The translations under genes and the position numbers were made by a program. Positions 52,755 through 55,660 of a stretch of DNA of 55,660 nt are shown here, in pieces. The stretch covers positions 1 to 55,660 of the forward strand of contig JAZDLC010000258.1 of NCBI GenBank assembly GCA_043802345.1. The letters run 5' to 3'. This stretch comes from Planctomycetota bacterium. GTDB taxonomy: Bacteria; Planctomycetota; B15-G4; JADJEK01. A model generated the notes under the pieces. The model was not told the origin of the DNA, made no database searches, and was given only the letters and a program-made list of their open reading frames with translations. The stretch's first letter is position 1. Each line of letters starts with the position of its first letter.

Positions 52755-53650
52755 TGCCCGCTCCGTTCCTTGAGCTTTGCCCCCGGCCCGACGATTCCGT
52801 GTTCCAGGTGTTGCATGCGGGTCAGCTGGTACCCGGCGCTCTCGCTGAGAGCCTTCCTGTCGGTGAACCCCTTCACCCGTTCGAATACCTGACGCGCGGT
52901 CTCGAAGTTCCGGATCTCCACCAGGGCGCAGCCGTAGGCATAGAGTGCATCGACCTCGATCTCCCGGGGCTCGAACGTCTTCAAGATCTCGATGACGCCG
53001 CCGTAGTCGCCCTGCTTGAAGGCCAGAAGCGCCTCGCGGGAGGGATACAGCGAACGCTGCTGCCGGGAGCTCTTGCTCTTGCTGCCTCTCTGCTCCGCCA
53101 GGCGCGCCGCCAGCTCCTCGGCCTCGTGGGTCGCCTGATCTTCGAGGGGGTCGAAGCTCGCGAGAGGGTCCTTCTCCAGCAGCTTGGTGTCCTCCGGGGA
53201 GCGCAGCTCGATCAATCTCAGCTTCGCGCGCAGGGCTCGAACCTCGTTCGAGATGATCCTGATCGCCTCCGCCCGTTCCTCGGAGACACCCAGCTCCCTC
53301 AGATGCTGCTCCGGCCCCTCGACTTCCTGGAGCAGCTCCACACCCATCTCGCCTTCCGACACCAGGCTGCCGAGGGTCTCCCGCAACTTGGCAACTTCCG
53401 CTTCCAGAGCCTCGGCCGCGGCGATGTGCATCTCCGGATCCTCGAGCAGCTTCTCCAGGTTCGGAGCGCTCTTCTTCGACGGCTGGACAGCTCCGTCACC
53501 GGAGGCCGGAGCCTCCTTCGCCGGCACCTGCGGGGACGCTTTCGGCGCGGCGGGCTTTTGCCCGCGCGCTTTCTGTGCGGGCGCGTCCTCCGCGGTCGCC
53601 GGACCGTGCTGGAGCAGGAGAATCAGGGCGAGGGCGACTCCGTTCATCAT
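52751..53650 (-). CDS. Secreted coiled-coil protein with TPR-like C-terminus (299 aa)
   Basis: The ATG at 53650 overlaps the upstream stop. It has a signal peptide (MMNGVALALILLLQHGPATA), a K/P/A-rich linker, long E/L/R coiled-coil segments, and a C-terminal helical-repeat region (LAFKQGDYGGVIEIL ... YAYGCALVEIRNFETARQVFE). The ORF extension to 54178 lies inside the upstream gene. Confidence 0.6.
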   Translation of the reverse strand: MMNGVALALILLLQHGPATAEDAPAQKARGQKPAAPKASPQVPAKEAPASGDGAVQPSKKSAPNLEKLLEDPEMHIAAAEALEAEVAKLRETLGSLVSEGEMGVELLQEVEGPEQHLRELGVSEERAEAIRIISNEVRALRAKLRLIELRSPEDTKLLEKDPLASFDPLEDQATHEAEELAARLAEQRGSKSKSSRQQRSLYPSREALLAFKQGDYGGVIEILKTFEPREIEVDALYAYGCALVEIRNFETARQVFERVKGFTDRKALSESAGYQLTRMQHLEHGIVGPGAKLKERSGQ

Positions 53651-55212
53651 GGTTTCTGGTCCCTGCGCAGAGCCGCAAGATCTCCGTTCAGGACCTTGCG
53701 GGCGGACTCGAACTCTCCAAGAGCCTCCAGACAGTCCACCGCGAGCATCGTCAGCGGCTTCCGGTACCGTTCCGGAAACTGCTCCTCCGACATGAGGGTC
53801 AAAGCCGTGCGGGCGCGCTCGGCGTCCCCCGCCGCCAGCAGCGCCCGGGCGATCCCCAGCTCCGACTCCCGCCGCACCAGCTCCACGTCGGAGGTAGCCT
53901 GGTACAACAGCCGGGCCCGCTCCGGCTCCTCCTCCTCCAGAGCCATCCGCGCCGATTCCAGCGCCAGGGCGGCCGCCTCCTCGACGCTGCTGAGCTGCTC
54001 CGCCTCGTAGAAGTGCCGCCGCGCGCGCAGCGTCAGACCGAGGCTCCGATACAATTCTCCCAGGAGGAGATTCGCCTGCAGCAGAACCGCCGGTCCGGCG
54101 TCCTTTGACCGCATGGCGGTGGTGGCGAAAATCAGCGTCTCGGCGGTGCGGCCCGTCTTTCGAGCCACCTCCGCCCACGCCATGTAGGCCGTAGCCGAGA
54201 ACTGCCCCCCTTCAATGAACCTGCTGGAGAGAGCCAGCACCTTCGAGGCCGCTTCCGGGTCCGCCACCTTCTGCGTCATCAGCCCCAGGGCCAACACCGG
54301 CCCGAGAACCGCATGCGCCTCCGGGTCGCGCCTCCAGATGTCGGAGAGCAGCAGCACGGTCGCCTCCGGGTCACCCGCCTCCACCATCGCCATGGCTGCG
54401 TCGGACAGGCGCGACAGTGACTTGGGAGAGATCGCGGGGAGCTTCAGGAATCCCTCCCTCAGATCCGCGATGTCCCGGAAGCTCCCCGTTTCAATCAGCA
54501 GGCCGAGCAGTCTGCGCAGAGCCGCGTCCCGAAGATGAGGCACCAGTTGCTTGTTGAGAAAGGACCGCAGGAGCTGGGTGGCCCGGACACCGTCTCCGAT
54601 CTCTCGATAGCAATCAGCCAGCAGGACCTCGGTGTCACGGGCGGGCTTCGATTCAGGAAACCGGGAGAGAAGCGTCTCGTAAACACCAAACGCGGAGTCG
54701 AAGTCGCCGCTCCTGCGATGGAGCTCCGCCAGCCCGCGCAGCGCGATGGCGGTCACCTTTTCGTCCCTCTGACTCAGGAGCGCGATGTTGTAGAACTTCT
54801 CGGCGGCCAGCCGCTGAGCCTCGCGGACCTCGCCCGAACCGGGCATGGGAGGGCCCATGAGGCGAAATACCTCGACCTCGCGAATGACATCGAGGCCCGC
54901 GGCGGCGGCGATCAGGTCGATCACGTAGCCAGCCCGGCGCTCATACAGATCCACCGTGACGATGGTCGTCCGCAACAGCCTTTCCGCCAGCGAATCGACG
55001 ATCACGGTCACGTCCCCGGCCTCGACCATCATCGTGAGCACCTCGGAGGCGCGCGTGTCCCGCCCCCGCAGGGTGTACAGCTCGGTGTCCCCGGCCTGCT
55101 TCTTGATCGACACCTCCGTCTGGGCGGGAAGCAGTCGATCGTTTCCCTGGGCCCACAGGGCGCCGCCGAGAAGAACGGTCAGGGCCGCAGTCAAGCTCGC
55201 CAGACGCAGCAT
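53647..55212 (-). CDS. Secreted TPR-repeat protein with N-terminal secretin/TonB short N-terminal (STN)-like domain
   Basis: It has a signal peptide (MLRLASLTAALTVLLGGALWA) and an N-terminal ~90 aa resembling STN/secretin N0 modules (YTLRGRDTRASEVLTMMVEAGDVTVIVDS ... VTVDLYERRAGYVIDLIAAAAGLDV). Multiple TPR-like repeats follow. The start is ATG 55212 or TTG 55215. Confidence 0.7.
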   Translation of the reverse strand: MLRLASLTAALTVLLGGALWAQGNDRLLPAQTEVSIKKQAGDTELYTLRGRDTRASEVLTMMVEAGDVTVIVDSLAERLLRTTIVTVDLYERRAGYVIDLIAAAAGLDVIREVEVFRLMGPPMPGSGEVREAQRLAAEKFYNIALLSQRDEKVTAIALRGLAELHRRSGDFDSAFGVYETLLSRFPESKPARDTEVLLADCYREIGDGVRATQLLRSFLNKQLVPHLRDAALRRLLGLLIETGSFRDIADLREGFLKLPAISPKSLSRLSDAAMAMVEAGDPEATVLLLSDIWRRDPEAHAVLGPVLALGLMTQKVADPEAASKVLALSSRFIEGGQFSATAYMAWAEVARKTGRTAETLIFATTAMRSKDAGPAVLLQANLLLGELYRSLGLTLRARRHFYEAEQLSSVEEAAALALESARMALEEEEPERARLLYQATSDVELVRRESELGIARALLAAGDAERARTALTLMSEEQFPERYRKPLTMLAVDCLEALGEFESARKVLNGDLAALRRDQKP

Positions 55213-55660
55213 CAATGACCTCCCTCCACGCCCGGCTTCTGCTCCCCCTCCGCCCGCGCCCTGGCCGGCTCATCCGCTCCCAGTTCCTCAGCTCCCCCCC
55301 GCAGCGACCTTTCGTAGTCATACCTCAGCACGTCCGCCAGCAGGGCGTACGCCTCCGATGACCTGCGCGTGTCCTCGTATCCAAGCCCATCCATGCGCAG
55401 CAGAAACGCCGCGGCCGTGCGCCGCGCCCACTCCACATCTCCCATGTCGAGTCTCTCCCTGGCGACTTCCAGCTCGTGCGGCTCTGAGGGAGCCGCGGCC
55501 GCTTCGACCGGGGCGTGCTCTGGAGAATGTTTTTCGTTGCCGGCCGCTTCGGCGCGGTTCTTGTCGCGCCCACGCTCTGCGCCCTCCTCGACATCCGGAT
55601 TCTCTTCCGCGAATTTTCCGGCATTGGTGCTCAAGCGCTCTGGCTCTCCGTCGAACAACA
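55212..55660 (-). CDS. Hypothetical protein, 5'-truncated by the window edge (acidic, with TPR-like C-terminal helices)
   Basis: The open frame runs off the window end. The C-terminal EAYALLADVLRYDYERSL is helical-repeat-like. The stop abuts the next gene start. Confidence 0.5.
   Translation of the reverse strand, partial: LFDGEPERLSTNAGKFAEENPDVEEGAERGRDKNRAEAAGNEKHSPEHAPVEAAAAPSEPHELEVARERLDMGDVEWARRTAAAFLLRMDGLGYEDTRRSSEAYALLADVLRYDYERSLRGGAEELGADEPARARAEGEQKPGVEGGH

Overview
GC-rich bacterial chromosomal window (roughly two-thirds G+C by eye) that is very tightly packed, with many stop/start overlaps of the ATGA, GTGA or TGATG type. I could not assign a lineage from sequence alone. The gene content (ECF sigma, sulfatase-fold enzyme, GT-C glycosyltransferase, many secreted TPR and beta-helix proteins, flagella) would fit a PVC/Planctomycetota-like or related uncultured group. 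I recognised no rRNA, tRNA, CRISPR array, transposase or integrase. Main blocks: (1) 3.1-9.3 kb (-): ECF sigma, zf-HC2 anti-sigma, secreted protein, TolC-like protein, RDD protein. (2) 9.3-22.1 kb (-): a long translationally coupled chain that starts with a 1926-codon tandem UvrA-UvrA fusion, an XPB/Ssl2-type helicase and its large uncharacterised partner, followed by thiE, a small membrane protein, thiL, tsaE and a lipoprotein. (3) 22.2-25.9 kb (+): a GT2 plus ArnT/PMT-like GT-C pair and a secretin N-domain-only protein. (4) 26-37.4 kb: serA, secreted beta-helix and unknown proteins, a parvulin-like protein, an RluA-RlmI fusion, and a polyferredoxin membrane protein paired with a Cys-tailed TPR protein. 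(5) 37.4-39 kb: a gene-poor, strand-skewed stretch with an ORF remnant and a lower-GC lipoprotein gene. (6) 41.0-55.7 kb (-): a flagellar operon (flgB flgC fliE fliF fliG fliH fliI fliJ, a MotE-like gene, fliL fliM fliN) preceded in the same coupled chain by a PAS histidine kinase, a sigma-54-dependent response regulator and three TPR/coiled-coil proteins, at least two of them with signal peptides. The best candidate for a new system is the UvrA-UvrA / XPB / XPB-partner module. All family calls rest on motif recognition by eye, not on searches.
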